Below, in pieces: positions 44,136 to 54,068 of a DNA stretch of 64,000 bases (the first letter of the stretch is position 1; each line of letters begins with the position of its first letter). Under the pieces are notes generated by a model. The model ran no database searches, was not told the origin of the DNA, and was given only the letters and a program-made list of their open reading frames with translations. Both the position numbers and the translations under genes were made by a program. The DNA is from Myxococcota bacterium. GTDB taxonomy: Bacteria > Myxococcota_A > Polyangia > DASYRF01. Where the stretch lies: contig DASYRF010000339.1 of assembly GCA_036004705.1 (NCBI GenBank), forward strand, positions 1,676-65,675, given 5' to 3'.

Positions 44136-45038
44136 ATGCGGGTCGGGCCGTACGAGGCGCGTGCGGTGAGGACGGCGACGTTCCGTCTGGACGGCGGGGC
44201 GATGTTCGGCATCGTCCCGCGCGCCCTCTGGGAGAAGGACTCGCCGCCCGACGCGCAGAACCGCGTGGCGCTGGCGCTGCGTTGCTTGCTGCTGCAGGGC
44301 GCGGGTCGCACGATCGTGATCGACACCGGCATCGGCGACAAAGGCGGCGCCAGGTTCGACGAGCGTTTCGCCGTCACGCCGCCGCAAGCGGCGCCGGCCG
44401 ACCTCGCTCCAGGTACGAGTCGTTTGGCGGGCGCGCTGGCGGCGCTGGGCGTGCAGCCCGAGGACGTGACCGACTGCGTGTTGACGCACCTGCATTGGGA
44501 CCATGCCGGCGGCGCGACGATTCCGTCGCCCGGCGGGGGGTTCGTCCCTCAGTTCCCGCGGGCGCGCTACTACGTGCAGCGCGAACATCACGCCTGGGCG
44601 CAAGCGCCCAGCGAGCGCGACGAGGGCTCGTTTCGGCGCGACGACTGGGAAGCGTTGGGTGAGCGCCTGGTGCTGCTGGACGGACCTGGGGAGATCCTCC
44701 CGGGCGTGCGCGCGCGCCTGAGCGGCGGCCATACGCCCGGGCTGCAGCTCGTGCACGTCGAAGACGGCGCCGGCGCCGGCGGGGGCGGTGGCGGCTCCGG
44801 TGACGGAGGCCTCGTGTACTGCGCCGACCTCGTGCCGACGTCGCACCATCTCCGTCCGTCTTGGGTGATGGGTTACGACCTGTTCCCGGCGACCGGCGTC
44901 CGCGAGAAGCGCGCCTTGCTGGAGGAAGCCGTGCGGCGCCGCTGGATTCTCTTCTTCGAGCACGATCCCGACGTCGATGCGGCCACGGTGCGGTGGGACG
45001 GGGACCGTCCCGTCGTGGATCAGGTCTTTTCGCTTTGA
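44136..45038 (+). CDS. MBL-fold metallo-hydrolase
   Basis: ATG 44136. FRLDGGAMFGIVP N-terminus, HxHxDH motif (LTHLHWDHAGG), later GHTPG. Confidence 0.88.
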   Translation: MRVGPYEARAVRTATFRLDGGAMFGIVPRALWEKDSPPDAQNRVALALRCLLLQGAGRTIVIDTGIGDKGGARFDERFAVTPPQAAPADLAPGTSRLAGALAALGVQPEDVTDCVLTHLHWDHAGGATIPSPGGGFVPQFPRARYYVQREHHAWAQAPSERDEGSFRRDDWEALGERLVLLDGPGEILPGVRARLSGGHTPGLQLVHVEDGAGAGGGGGGSGDGGLVYCADLVPTSHHLRPSWVMGYDLFPATGVREKRALLEEAVRRRWILFFEHDPDVDAATVRWDGDRPVVDQVFSL

Positions 45039-46333
45039 CGGGCCGCCTGGTGGGCGCCGCTGCGGCCCTCGCGGTGGTCGCGAGCGCGCTGGCCGCCGCC
45101 GCCGCCCTGGCGGACGCGGCCTCTGCCGGCAAGGCCACGACCGCCGACGCGCTGCGGCTCACGGACGAGATTGCTGCGACCGTGTCCCGGCTTCGCGAGC
45201 TCCCGCTGAAGGAGCCCATCGTCAAGGGCGTCATCTCGCGTGACGAGGCACGCGCCCTGTTCGCCGACCACGCCGCCAAGGATCGCACCGCCGAGCAGAT
45301 GGCTGCCGAAGGGGCGCTGCTGGTGAAGCTCGGCGCGATGGCCGCCGGCACGAACTACCGAGCCCTGGTGCTCGATCTCCTCGCCGAGCAGGTCGCCGGC
45401 TTCTATGACACCGACCGTCGCAAGCTCTTCCTCGCCGACTGGCTCGGCCCCGACCCGATTGCGCTTGCGCACGAGATCACGCACGCGCTCCAGGACCAGA
45501 ACTTCGACTTGAAACGCTGGGAGCCGCGCGTCAAGGCATCCAGCGACTTCGCCCTGGCGTTCTCGGCGCTCGTCGAGGGCGACGCGGTGGCCTCGATGAT
45601 CGACTACGGCCTGGCCGGGAAGCGCCGCTTCACCGACGTCCCCGGCATCGTCGAGGCGATGCGCAAGGACTTCGAGTCCGGGTCGCGCCCCGAAGCCACT
45701 TCCACGAGTCCGCGCTTCGACGCCGCCCCCGCCGTGCTGCGGCGCGTCCTCGTCTTCCCCTATCTGGACGGATTTGCGTTCGTGCATGACGCGCGCCGCC
45801 GGGGTCCCTGGTCGGTCGTGGACCGAATGTACGCCGACCCGCCCGCCTCCACCGAACAGATCCTGCATCCGGAACGCTACGTCCTGCGCGACTCACCGGT
45901 GGAGCTGGCGGTACCCTGCGCGCCGTCGCTGGAGCGGACGCACCGCCTGCTCTTCGAGGACGTTCTGGGCGAAGCGGCGCTGGCGGCCGTGCTGGCCGAC
46001 CGCGTGCCCGCCGATGTGGCCCGCATCGGCGCAGCCGGCTGGGGCGGCGATCGCCTAGCGGTGTACGGGCCGCGCGACGCCACGCTCGACGACCCGGCGA
46101 CGCCGGCGCAGCTCGCCGGCCTGGTGGTGCTGGGGCGCCTGCAGCTCGACACCGTGCGCGACGCCGAGGAGGCCGCCGCCGCGCTGACCATCTTCGCCGC
46201 CGCGTTGGGCGGTGCCGGCGTACCGAGCGGCCCGTTCGCCGTGGAGCGTCGCGGCCTCAAGGTTCTATGGAGCGCGGGACTCGACCCTGCGGTGCGCGAC
46301 CGCGTCGTCGCCGAGCTCTGGGCGGGGTTTTGA
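45035..46333 (+). CDS. Secreted putative zinc metalloprotease (HExxH)
   Basis: TTGA overlap with the MBL gene stop (TTG 45035; alternative GTG 45050). Signal-like AAALAVVASALAAAAALA. Motif ALAHEITHALQD. Confidence 0.72.
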   Translation: MTGRLVGAAAALAVVASALAAAAALADAASAGKATTADALRLTDEIAATVSRLRELPLKEPIVKGVISRDEARALFADHAAKDRTAEQMAAEGALLVKLGAMAAGTNYRALVLDLLAEQVAGFYDTDRRKLFLADWLGPDPIALAHEITHALQDQNFDLKRWEPRVKASSDFALAFSALVEGDAVASMIDYGLAGKRRFTDVPGIVEAMRKDFESGSRPEATSTSPRFDAAPAVLRRVLVFPYLDGFAFVHDARRRGPWSVVDRMYADPPASTEQILHPERYVLRDSPVELAVPCAPSLERTHRLLFEDVLGEAALAAVLADRVPADVARIGAAGWGGDRLAVYGPRDATLDDPATPAQLAGLVVLGRLQLDTVRDAEEAAAALTIFAAALGGAGVPSGPFAVERRGLKVLWSAGLDPAVRDRVVAELWAGF

Positions 46334-46342
46334 CCCTGGCCG

Positions 46343-47926
46343 TTACAGGCCGCGGGTCATCGAGACCGAGTACCAGCTGACGGCGTATACGGCGGCGCAG
46401 CCGCTGTCCGGTCCGCCCAGTGGGTCGTAGCCGCAGCTGACGGTCATCTGGATGGGGCTGTCCAGCGGCTGGCCGTCGCTGGAGGTCACGCAAGGGTTGC
46501 CGTAGCCGTACACCGTCGAACCGGACGTGGCGACCGTATTGCCGCTGCCGTCCAGCCGGAAGTCGATCGTGTTCTCGGCGTCGAGGGACTGGTCGAACGC
46601 GAAGTCGGTGTAAAGCGTGACGCACACGTCGGTCGCGCCGAAGCCGGTCGGGTCCAGCACGAAGGTGTCCTCCTCGCTGTCGGCGCCTGCCGGACGGCAG
46701 ACCGCGAAGCTCGGCGTGGTGAAGGCCGCGGCCGTCAGGTCGATGGCGCCCTGGGCGTCCTCCAGGTCCTCGCCGTCATCGCGCACGCAAGTCGCGTAGT
46801 CAGCCGCCTCAATCGTCAGGTCGAACATCGAGTCGATGGGCGCGAAGTAGGTGAGGTTGCAAGTCGCCGGTCCGACGTCGGCGCGCCCGCTGCGCCCCAG
46901 CGCGGTGCCGTTTCCACCGTGGTAGGTGAAGGTTCCGTTGGCGTCGCTGCAACTGATCTGCCAATAGAATGCCGACGGATCGGGGACCGCCGGGTTGAGC
47001 GCGGCGCGCAGCACCGCCCCCGGCGGCACGTTGTCGAGCTCCCAAAAGTCTCCGACTTCGCAGCCGGTGCGCGGCGCCAGCGGATAAGTGCCGAACCCCG
47101 ACAGGGCCACGGTTTCTGTGTTCCCGCCGTTGGGGTCGTCGGCCAGGCAATCCGAGCCGAAGCGCACGGCGATGGCGTAGTTCGCGGTGACGGCGTCAGG
47201 GACCATGCGCTCGACGGTGGCGAAGCAGCGCTTGTCGCCGTCCGCCGGCGTGTAGCTGAACGTCGTCCCCGGCCCGAGCGGGTAGGGTCCGTCGGTGTAG
47301 GCGACCGCCCCCGTCGCGTCCTGGCAGGTGAAGGTCATGCTCAGCACGCCGGGCGGATCGCTGCCAAGCGCCACGAAGCGCGCGGTGTAGTAGTTCGGTA
47401 CGAAGACGCCAACGCGGTCCGCGTCGTCGGTGCGGCAGAGCGTGCCCGACAACATGGGAGATGTGAGCGGGTCGACGGTGGCGCCGCCCGGCGGGAGGTC
47501 GGCGGGCTCCAGCGGGTCGTCCACGCACCCGACCGGCTGCAGGGGCAGCACGAGATCGATCACCTGGTGCGGGCGGAACGTCGCCGTGGCGCTCCCGCTG
47601 CCGGCGACCTCGCCGCCTGCCGTCGCGGTCACGGTGATGGCCACGTCAGCTTCGGCGAGGGCGTCGGAAGGGGCGAGTGCGATCTCGAGCGGAAGCGAGA
47701 CAAGGTTCGCGCTGCTGGCGGCGTTCACCGGCAGGCCGCCGCCGGGAGGCGTGACCATCACCTGGATGGTCAGCTGGTCGGGGTTGTTGAGCTGGCCGAG
47801 GTCGCCCGTGATCTGCAGCAGGATGGCGGTGTCACCGAAGCAACCGGCCAGACAGGCGGCGAGCGCGGCGCTCGCCGCGACCGCGGCCAGCGCGGCCCTC
47901 CGACCCGTCAAGGATGCGCGCATCAC
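46343..47926 (-). CDS. Lipoprotein of unknown function (527 aa) with repeated Cys-containing beta-rich modules
   Basis: GTG 47926/ATG 47923. Lipobox ACLAGC. Protein-like composition. Ends 9 nt from the convergent gene. Confidence 0.75.
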   Translation of the reverse strand: MMRASLTGRRAALAAVAASAALAACLAGCFGDTAILLQITGDLGQLNNPDQLTIQVMVTPPGGGLPVNAASSANLVSLPLEIALAPSDALAEADVAITVTATAGGEVAGSGSATATFRPHQVIDLVLPLQPVGCVDDPLEPADLPPGGATVDPLTSPMLSGTLCRTDDADRVGVFVPNYYTARFVALGSDPPGVLSMTFTCQDATGAVAYTDGPYPLGPGTTFSYTPADGDKRCFATVERMVPDAVTANYAIAVRFGSDCLADDPNGGNTETVALSGFGTYPLAPRTGCEVGDFWELDNVPPGAVLRAALNPAVPDPSAFYWQISCSDANGTFTYHGGNGTALGRSGRADVGPATCNLTYFAPIDSMFDLTIEAADYATCVRDDGEDLEDAQGAIDLTAAAFTTPSFAVCRPAGADSEEDTFVLDPTGFGATDVCVTLYTDFAFDQSLDAENTIDFRLDGSGNTVATSGSTVYGYGNPCVTSSDGQPLDSPIQMTVSCGYDPLGGPDSGCAAVYAVSWYSVSMTRGL

Positions 47927-49117
47927 CTAATAGGATACACGTTCGCCGAGAAAGGTGGCGAGCCGCCCGAGCGCCGCCAGGTCGTGCACGTCGGTCTCCA
48001 GCTGCGGTACGGCGAAGACCGGCGTGTCGCCGGCGTCGCGGCGCAGCGCCTCCACGCGCTCGCGGTCGACCGAGGCCAGCACGTCCGTTTGCTCGAGGTT
48101 GCGCGCCATCGCCTCGGCGAGCGCGTCGGGCGTGTCCGGCGGCAGGTCGGCGAGCGCCGCCCCCCCGAGCGCGCGCAGGCGCTCCGCCAGCTCCGGCGCA
48201 CTGGCGGGGGTGGCGGCGCTCGTGGCCGTGCCGCCGCGCGCGTCGAAGCGCGGGTTCAGCCGGTTGACCACGTACGCCTCCAGCCGCACACGTGCGCCGG
48301 CGAGGCGCTCGCGCAGGTATGCCGCCTCTGACAGGGTGTGCATGTCGGCGCCCGTGACCAGCACGAAGGCCACGCGGTCGGACTTGAGCAGCCGCTCGAC
48401 CTCGCGGGCGCGGTTCTGGAACCCGTCGAAAAGCTGGTTGAGGTCGAGCAGGAACGTGGCGATGTCCTCGATCATGGTCGTGCCGACGAAGCGCGCGAGC
48501 TGCTTGAGCACGAAGGAGGTGGAGAAGCTGAGCACCCGGAAGGAGAACGTGCCCGCCTTCCGGAACGGCGCCAGGAACCACTCCACCGCCGGAGAATCCC
48601 AGGCGCTGATCATCCTCTCCGGCGCTTCGAGGAAGTCGACCGCCGAGGCCGTGGGCGGGGTGTCCAGCACGATGAGGTCGTAACGGCCGTCGTGGTCGAT
48701 CTCCCAGAGCTTCTCCATGGACATGTACTCGCGCGTGCCGGCCATGCGCTCGACGAGCGTGCGAAAGAGGCGGTTCTGCAGCAGGCGCTCGCGCATTTCC
48801 GGGCTGGCGGAATGGCGGCGCACCAGGTCCTCCAGCGTGCGCTGGGCGTCGAGCATCAGCGCCCACAGCTCGCCGGTATTGGCGAGCCCGGCGGCCGCGA
48901 GGCGCTCGGGGTCGACGCGCACGGCCTCGTGCCCCATGGCGTCCAGCCCCATGGAGTTCGCAAGTCGCCGCGCCGGGTCGACGGTGCACACGACGACTTT
49001 GCGCCCGTGCGCCGCCGCGCGCAGACCGATGGCGGCGGCTGCCGTGGTCTTGCCGACGCCCCCCGAGCCGACCGCGACGACCACGCGCTTGCCGGCGATG
49101 ACGTCGTCGATGGTCAC
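47927..49117 (-). CDS. ArsA/Get3-like P-loop ATPase (long form)
   Basis: GTG 49117 preceded by a canonical promoter. Deviant Walker A GSGGVGKTT, then DPARRLANSMG and DLIVLDTPPT. Its stop abuts the start of the downstream lipoprotein gene. Confidence 0.85.
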   Translation of the reverse strand: MTIDDVIAGKRVVVAVGSGGVGKTTAAAAIGLRAAAHGRKVVVCTVDPARRLANSMGLDAMGHEAVRVDPERLAAAGLANTGELWALMLDAQRTLEDLVRRHSASPEMRERLLQNRLFRTLVERMAGTREYMSMEKLWEIDHDGRYDLIVLDTPPTASAVDFLEAPERMISAWDSPAVEWFLAPFRKAGTFSFRVLSFSTSFVLKQLARFVGTTMIEDIATFLLDLNQLFDGFQNRAREVERLLKSDRVAFVLVTGADMHTLSEAAYLRERLAGARVRLEAYVVNRLNPRFDARGGTATSAATPASAPELAERLRALGGAALADLPPDTPDALAEAMARNLEQTDVLASVDRERVEALRRDAGDTPVFAVPQLETDVHDLAALGRLATFLGERVSY

Positions 49118-49123
49118 CGCCGC

Positions 49124-49152
49124 GGGATACCGGCGCGGCGTGGCGCTGTCAA
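49124..49152 (-). promoter_or_regulatory. Canonical promoter TTGACA-17-TATCCC, 6 nt from the GTG of the ArsA-like gene (leaderless)
   Basis: Minus strand: TTGACA (49152-49147), 17-bp spacer, TATCCC (49129-49124), gcggcg, GTG (49117). Confidence 0.6.
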
Positions 49153-49214
49153 GCGAAGCGGCCGTGAAGCGCGCGCGCTTGCCCGGCGCGGCGCGGCGGC
49201 GATAACGTCGCGCC

Positions 49215-50432
49215 GTGGCCGCCGCCCCCACGCCCGCGCCCGTCTTCATCACCGCCGTGCGCGTCGTTGACGGACGGGGCGGCGTGCGCGACGGCGCCGC
49301 GCTGGCGTTGGAGGACGGGCGCCTGCGCGTGGGCGACGCTGCAACGCTGTCCGCGCCGGCGGGAGCACGGCGCATCGACGGCACGGGGATGACGGCGCTG
49401 CCCGGCCTGGTCGATTGCCATGTGCACTTGTGCATGGGCGGCGAGGCGAACCCCGTGCCGTCGCTCGGAGCGATGAGCGCCGGCGAGATGGCCCTGCGCG
49501 CCGCGTACCACGCGGCGATCACGCTGCGCGCGGGCGTGACCACGGTGCGCGACTGCGGGGCGATGCACGGCGTGGACGCCGCGCTCAAGGCCGCCCTTCG
49601 CGCCGGCTGGGCACGCGGGCCGCGCCTCGTGTCGTCGGCAAGGGCGCTTTGCATGACGGGGGGCCACGGCCACTGGTTCGCGCGCGAGGCCGACGGGCCG
49701 GACGACGTCCGCCGCGCCGCGCGCGAGCAGCTCAAGACCGGCGCCGAGTGGGTGAAGCTCATCGCGACCGGCGGCATCCTCACGCCCGGCGTGCTGCCCG
49801 GCTCGCCTCAGCTCACCGCCGCCGAGCTGCGAGCGGCGGTCGAAGAAGCCCACGCCGCCGGGCGTCGCGCGGCGGCCCACGCGCAGGGGATGCAGGGTAT
49901 CCGCAATGCCGTGGAAGCCGGCGTGGATTCCGTCGAGCACGGCATCCACCTCGACGACGACGGCGCCGTGCTCATGCGCACGCGCGGGACGTTCCTGGTG
50001 CCGACGCTGGTGGCGCCCTGGCGCATCCTCGAGCACGGCGAGCGCGGCGGCATCCATCCGCACGCGGTGCAGAAGACGCGCGACTCGTGGGATACGCACC
50101 GCGCCGCGGTGCGGCGCGCGCGCGCCGCCGGCGTGCGCATCGCCATGGGAACCGACGCCGGAACGCCGTTCAACCGGCACGGCGACAACGCCGTCGAGCT
50201 GGAGCTGATGGTGCGCGAGACCGGCTTTACGCCGATGGAGGCGCTCGTCGCCGCGACGTCCTCGGCGGCGGCGCTGCTCGGGCTCGACGCCGAAATCGGG
50301 GCGCTCGCCGACGGCCTCGCCGCCGACGTCCTCGTCGTGCGCGGCAACCCGCTGGACGACGTCTCCCTGCTGCACCGTCCCGACGCCCTGGCGCACGTCT
50401 TCCAGTCGGGCGTCGAAGTGGTGCGCGCCTGA
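49215..50432 (+). CDS. Metal-dependent amidohydrolase
   Basis: GTG 49215. LPGLVDCHVHL (HxH), KLIATGG, AAHAQG, VEHG and GTDAG motifs. Confidence 0.9.
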   Translation: MAAAPTPAPVFITAVRVVDGRGGVRDGAALALEDGRLRVGDAATLSAPAGARRIDGTGMTALPGLVDCHVHLCMGGEANPVPSLGAMSAGEMALRAAYHAAITLRAGVTTVRDCGAMHGVDAALKAALRAGWARGPRLVSSARALCMTGGHGHWFAREADGPDDVRRAAREQLKTGAEWVKLIATGGILTPGVLPGSPQLTAAELRAAVEEAHAAGRRAAAHAQGMQGIRNAVEAGVDSVEHGIHLDDDGAVLMRTRGTFLVPTLVAPWRILEHGERGGIHPHAVQKTRDSWDTHRAAVRRARAAGVRIAMGTDAGTPFNRHGDNAVELELMVRETGFTPMEALVAATSSAAALLGLDAEIGALADGLAADVLVVRGNPLDDVSLLHRPDALAHVFQSGVEVVRA

Positions 50433-50565
50433 GCCTGGAGCGGCGCGCTGCTGCACGCGCCGGGCGCGGGAATTTGGCAGCCCACCCACTCGTTGCCGTC
50501 ACACGGGGATGCTAGGCTTGGAGCGCATCGAGTAGCGGCAACGCGTCGGGCGGGGGCAGGCAAAG

Positions 50566-51000
50566 ATGGCACAGACCGCCCTCGTCATCGACGACAGCCG
50601 CACGCACCGCAGCCTCATCAAGGTGCTCCTGCTGCTCATGGCAGGGCGCGAGTGGTCCATCCTGGAAGCGGCCGATGGCCAAGAAGGGTTGCGTCTGGCG
50701 CGCGGCGCGGCGGTTGACGTCATCATCACCGACTTCCACATGCCAGGCATGGACGGTCTGGCGTTCGTACGTGCGCTGCGCGAGGACGGCAACCCGCGCG
50801 TGCGCGAGGTGCCCATCGTCGTGCTGACCGCCGAGGGGGCGGCGGACCTACCCTCGAAGGTGCGCGCCTCGGGGGCCGACGCCTTCGTGCGCAAGCCGGT
50901 CGTCAAGGACGAGCTGCACGCCGCGGTCGCCGCGCTGGTGCCGCCGCCGTCGACGCCGCCGCAGACTCCGCCCCCGCGCTCCGCACCGCGCAGCAGGTAG
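50566..51000 (+). CDS. CheY-like single-domain response regulator
   Basis: ALVIDDS, IITDFHMPGMDG, VLTAEG and VRKP motifs. Pro-rich tail. Confidence 0.88.
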   Translation: MAQTALVIDDSRTHRSLIKVLLLLMAGREWSILEAADGQEGLRLARGAAVDVIITDFHMPGMDGLAFVRALREDGNPRVREVPIVVLTAEGAADLPSKVRASGADAFVRKPVVKDELHAAVAALVPPPSTPPQTPPPRSAPRSR

Positions 51001-51019
51001 CGCGACCGCGCCAGGGTGC

Positions 51020-53041
51020 CTACAGCGCCGTCTCGAAATGCAGGGCGCTCACCTTCGCCCCCAGCTCCGTCTCCAGCGCCGCCTTCTGCTCCTGCGCGCC
51101 GGCCAGGTCGGCACGCAACTGGGCGAGCTTGTCCTCCTCGCGCCCGAGCTCCGCGACGTAGCGCTCGCGCAGTCCGCGCTCGTCCTGCGTCGTGCCCAGC
51201 GCTTGCAGGTTCTTGCGCACGCGCTCCTGGTTCTGGAAGATGGCGCTGATCTCTGCCTCGCGTTGCCCGACGCGCCGTTGCAGCGCAGCGAGATTCTCCT
51301 GCATTTCGATAAAGGCGTGCAGCGTCTCCACGGTCTTCTGGTCGATGAACTTCGCCGCTAGCCAAAGGCGCACCTGGTCACGCGCGAGGTTCGTCAGGGC
51401 GAACGCATCGGAGTCGTCTCCGCGCTCCGTCACGACGAACTTCCCTGCTCCGCGCGCTGGCGCCTCGAAGCGGAAGCGATAGAAGTTCTCCGTCGACTCG
51501 ACCGGCTTGGGCGTCTCCACCAACTCCCAGCCGTTCTTGAAGCGGTGCTCCAGAAAGAGGTCCAGCAGGCGGTCGGTCTTGTTGTTCACCACGTAGACGC
51601 GCCGCTCCATGCGGTGGCGGTGCAGCCGCAGCGTTCCGTGGGCAATGACGGCGCGGTGAACGTCGAGCCGCTCGCTCTTGTGGTCGACCGACACGGCGCA
51701 CCCCAGCTCCACTGAGTAGGGCACGAGCCGCTCCTCGCCGGGCTTGAGCGTGTCGAGCATCGACTCGCCCACGTACGATTCGCCTTCCAGCACCGTCACC
51801 GGGCCGCCCTCCAGTGTCATGCCGGTCGTGTTCTTGAAGAGCACCGCCGACATCGGGTTCTTCTCGCGTACCTCGGCGTTGTAGACGGCTACGCGCTTGC
51901 CTTCGAACTCGCCCTGCAAGATGGGCACCAGCGCCGACTGGTTGCGCTTCACCGTCACCGGGTTCTTGATCTCGTACTGGAAGAGGTCGCCCACCTCCAC
52001 CGTGCGCGTCTGCACCGATACGCTGCGGCGGCGCGCCTCCTCGCGGGCGAGGGCCTTGAGGGCGGCGGGCCGCATTGCCGCGGGCGCCGGCGCCGGAGCC
52101 TGCGCCCGCGGGGGCGGCGCCGGAGCGCCGACCGGAAAAGCGGGGAGGTCGGCCATCTGATCGTCCGCGCCGGCGCCGGTCGCCTCTTCCAGCACCGGCG
52201 GGGCGTAGGCCTCCTCCTCCTTCACGTGCACCACCGGGCGGCGCTTGTAGCGCGGCGAGTAAAGGTCGTGCACGAAGGAGATGGGCAGACCGGCGACGAG
52301 CGTGAGCGCCACGTCGTCCCAGTCCTCGTCCTGCGTGTTGTCCACCAGCGCCCAGCCCTGGATGAGCGGCTTCTTGCCCGCCGCGCCGCCGGGCGCATCC
52401 GGTGCCGGCGCCGCCGGCAGCAGCATGCGGTACGACGTCTTCCAGACCGGCGTCTCGACGGTGTAGCTGGCCATCATCTCGCGCCGCCCCTTGCCGCGCC
52501 CGAAGATCGTCAGCTTCTTGAGGTCCTTCTTCTTGGCGGAGATGAGGATCTCGAGCAGGTGCCCGACGTCCTTGCGCAGGCCCTCGTCCAGCAGGGCCAC
52601 TGATTTCACCTCCAGAAGGTCGAACGCCTGGAGCGACGCGCCCTCCACCAGCAGCGCCAGCCGCTGCGACCACGTCGTAACGTCGCCCTCCTTGCGCGTC
52701 ACCGCCTCGGTGCCGGTCACGATGCCTTCGACGCGCCGCCCGGCGACGTCGACCGCCACGCGCGCGCCCTTGAGCTGCCCCAGCAGCCCGGTCAGCGAGT
52801 TCTCGTCGGGCAAGCGGATGGAGATGTCCTCGAGCTGCTTCTCGATGGGCTTTGTGGACTCGTAGCTGATGCTTGCCACGTGCCCTTCGCCCAGATCCAA
52901 CGTCGTGAGCGACTTGAGCACGTCGTTCATCTCGGCCGCCTTGAAATGCAGGTCGACCGAGGCGTCGCCGTCAACGACGCCCTGGCGCTCGAAGTGTCCG
53001 ACGCCGTGCTTGTAGAGGACGACCTTGCGGATGGGCAGCAT
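51020..53041 (-). CDS. DUF4139/DUF4140-type (MuiA-like) protein
   Basis: SD GGAGG 7 nt upstream of ATG 53041. N-terminal VVLYKHGVGHFERQG. Central Pro/Ala-rich linker. C-terminal coiled coil. Family assignment is from memory of the architecture. Confidence 0.8.
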   Translation of the reverse strand: MLPIRKVVLYKHGVGHFERQGVVDGDASVDLHFKAAEMNDVLKSLTTLDLGEGHVASISYESTKPIEKQLEDISIRLPDENSLTGLLGQLKGARVAVDVAGRRVEGIVTGTEAVTRKEGDVTTWSQRLALLVEGASLQAFDLLEVKSVALLDEGLRKDVGHLLEILISAKKKDLKKLTIFGRGKGRREMMASYTVETPVWKTSYRMLLPAAPAPDAPGGAAGKKPLIQGWALVDNTQDEDWDDVALTLVAGLPISFVHDLYSPRYKRRPVVHVKEEEAYAPPVLEEATGAGADDQMADLPAFPVGAPAPPPRAQAPAPAPAAMRPAALKALAREEARRRSVSVQTRTVEVGDLFQYEIKNPVTVKRNQSALVPILQGEFEGKRVAVYNAEVREKNPMSAVLFKNTTGMTLEGGPVTVLEGESYVGESMLDTLKPGEERLVPYSVELGCAVSVDHKSERLDVHRAVIAHGTLRLHRHRMERRVYVVNNKTDRLLDLFLEHRFKNGWELVETPKPVESTENFYRFRFEAPARGAGKFVVTERGDDSDAFALTNLARDQVRLWLAAKFIDQKTVETLHAFIEMQENLAALQRRVGQREAEISAIFQNQERVRKNLQALGTTQDERGLRERYVAELGREEDKLAQLRADLAGAQEQKAALETELGAKVSALHFETAL

Positions 53042-53116
53042 GTGCACGCCTCCCCTCGTCCGGACAAACCGGGCGAGCCTTGCTCGCGCGCATCCCGCGC
53101 GCCTGGGCGACCCTTG

Positions 53117-54058
53117 TCACAATCCGAGGCCCGCGATCAGGTGGCCGCGCAGCTCCTCCACCTCGGCGGGGCCGAAGCCACGGCGCGCCAGCAGCGGTAG
53201 CACGGCGCGCGGCCCGGGCACGGCCTCGGCCAGCCGCGCCAGGTGCGCGTCGTTCAGGGCGCGCAGCGACGTCCGCCACCGCGCCGCGCGCACCGCGGGC
53301 CCGGCCACCACGTCCTCCGCTGCGCCCGCCGCCAGCAAGGCATCGAAGCCGCGCCGCCTCTCGCCCAGGAACAGCCGCGGGTGCACCGCGTTCACCGCCA
53401 GCCCTGACACCGTCACGCCGATGTCGCCGGTGAGCGCACGGTGCAGCTCCGTCGCCTCGTTCACCGGCATCTCCTCGGCGAGCGTGACGATGATCGCCCC
53501 GCAGCGATCGGAGTCGCGCAGCAGCGCCTGCGCCGCCGCGGCGCCCTTCGCGAGCGGTCCTTCCGGCGTGGCCTGCAGGATCGCCTGTGGCATGCGCAGC
53601 ATGGCCAGGAAATGCCCCGTCGCCAGCCCGTCGAGCACCACCACGTCCCAGCGCCAGCGTCCGGCCTCGCGCTCCGTCGTGTGGAACCAAGCCTTCCCCA
53701 GCAGCGACCATTCGTCGAGCCCTGGGATGGCGCGTACGAAGTTCCGCGTCATGCGGTTCTCGAAGACGATCTTGTAGAGGCGCTCGAAGCGCAGCACCAT
53801 CAGGCCGTACTCGTGCAGCGCCTCGCGCGGCACCATGTTGACCACGAAGAGGTTCGGGCGCACCTCGCGTATCTGGTGGTCGACGATGGGCGTCCCCAGG
53901 AATTCCTGCAGGCGCGGGCGCGCGTTCGCCTGAGCCAGCAGCACGCGTTTGCCGCGGCGCGCCGCCTCCAGTGCCAGCGCCGCCGAGACGACGGTCTTGC
54001 CGACCCCCCCCTTGCCGGAGACCAGGACCAGTCGCCGGTCGAAGAGGCTCCCGTTCAT
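53117..54058 (-). CDS. ArsA/Get3-like P-loop ATPase (short form)
   Basis: ATG 54058 lies 10 nt after the upstream stop. Walker A GKGGVGKT and WDVVVLDGLATGH. Confidence 0.88.
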   Translation of the reverse strand: MNGSLFDRRLVLVSGKGGVGKTVVSAALALEAARRGKRVLLAQANARPRLQEFLGTPIVDHQIREVRPNLFVVNMVPREALHEYGLMVLRFERLYKIVFENRMTRNFVRAIPGLDEWSLLGKAWFHTTEREAGRWRWDVVVLDGLATGHFLAMLRMPQAILQATPEGPLAKGAAAAQALLRDSDRCGAIIVTLAEEMPVNEATELHRALTGDIGVTVSGLAVNAVHPRLFLGERRRGFDALLAAGAAEDVVAGPAVRAARWRTSLRALNDAHLARLAEAVPGPRAVLPLLARRGFGPAEVEELRGHLIAGLGL

Positions 54059-54068
54059 GGGGGCGCCA

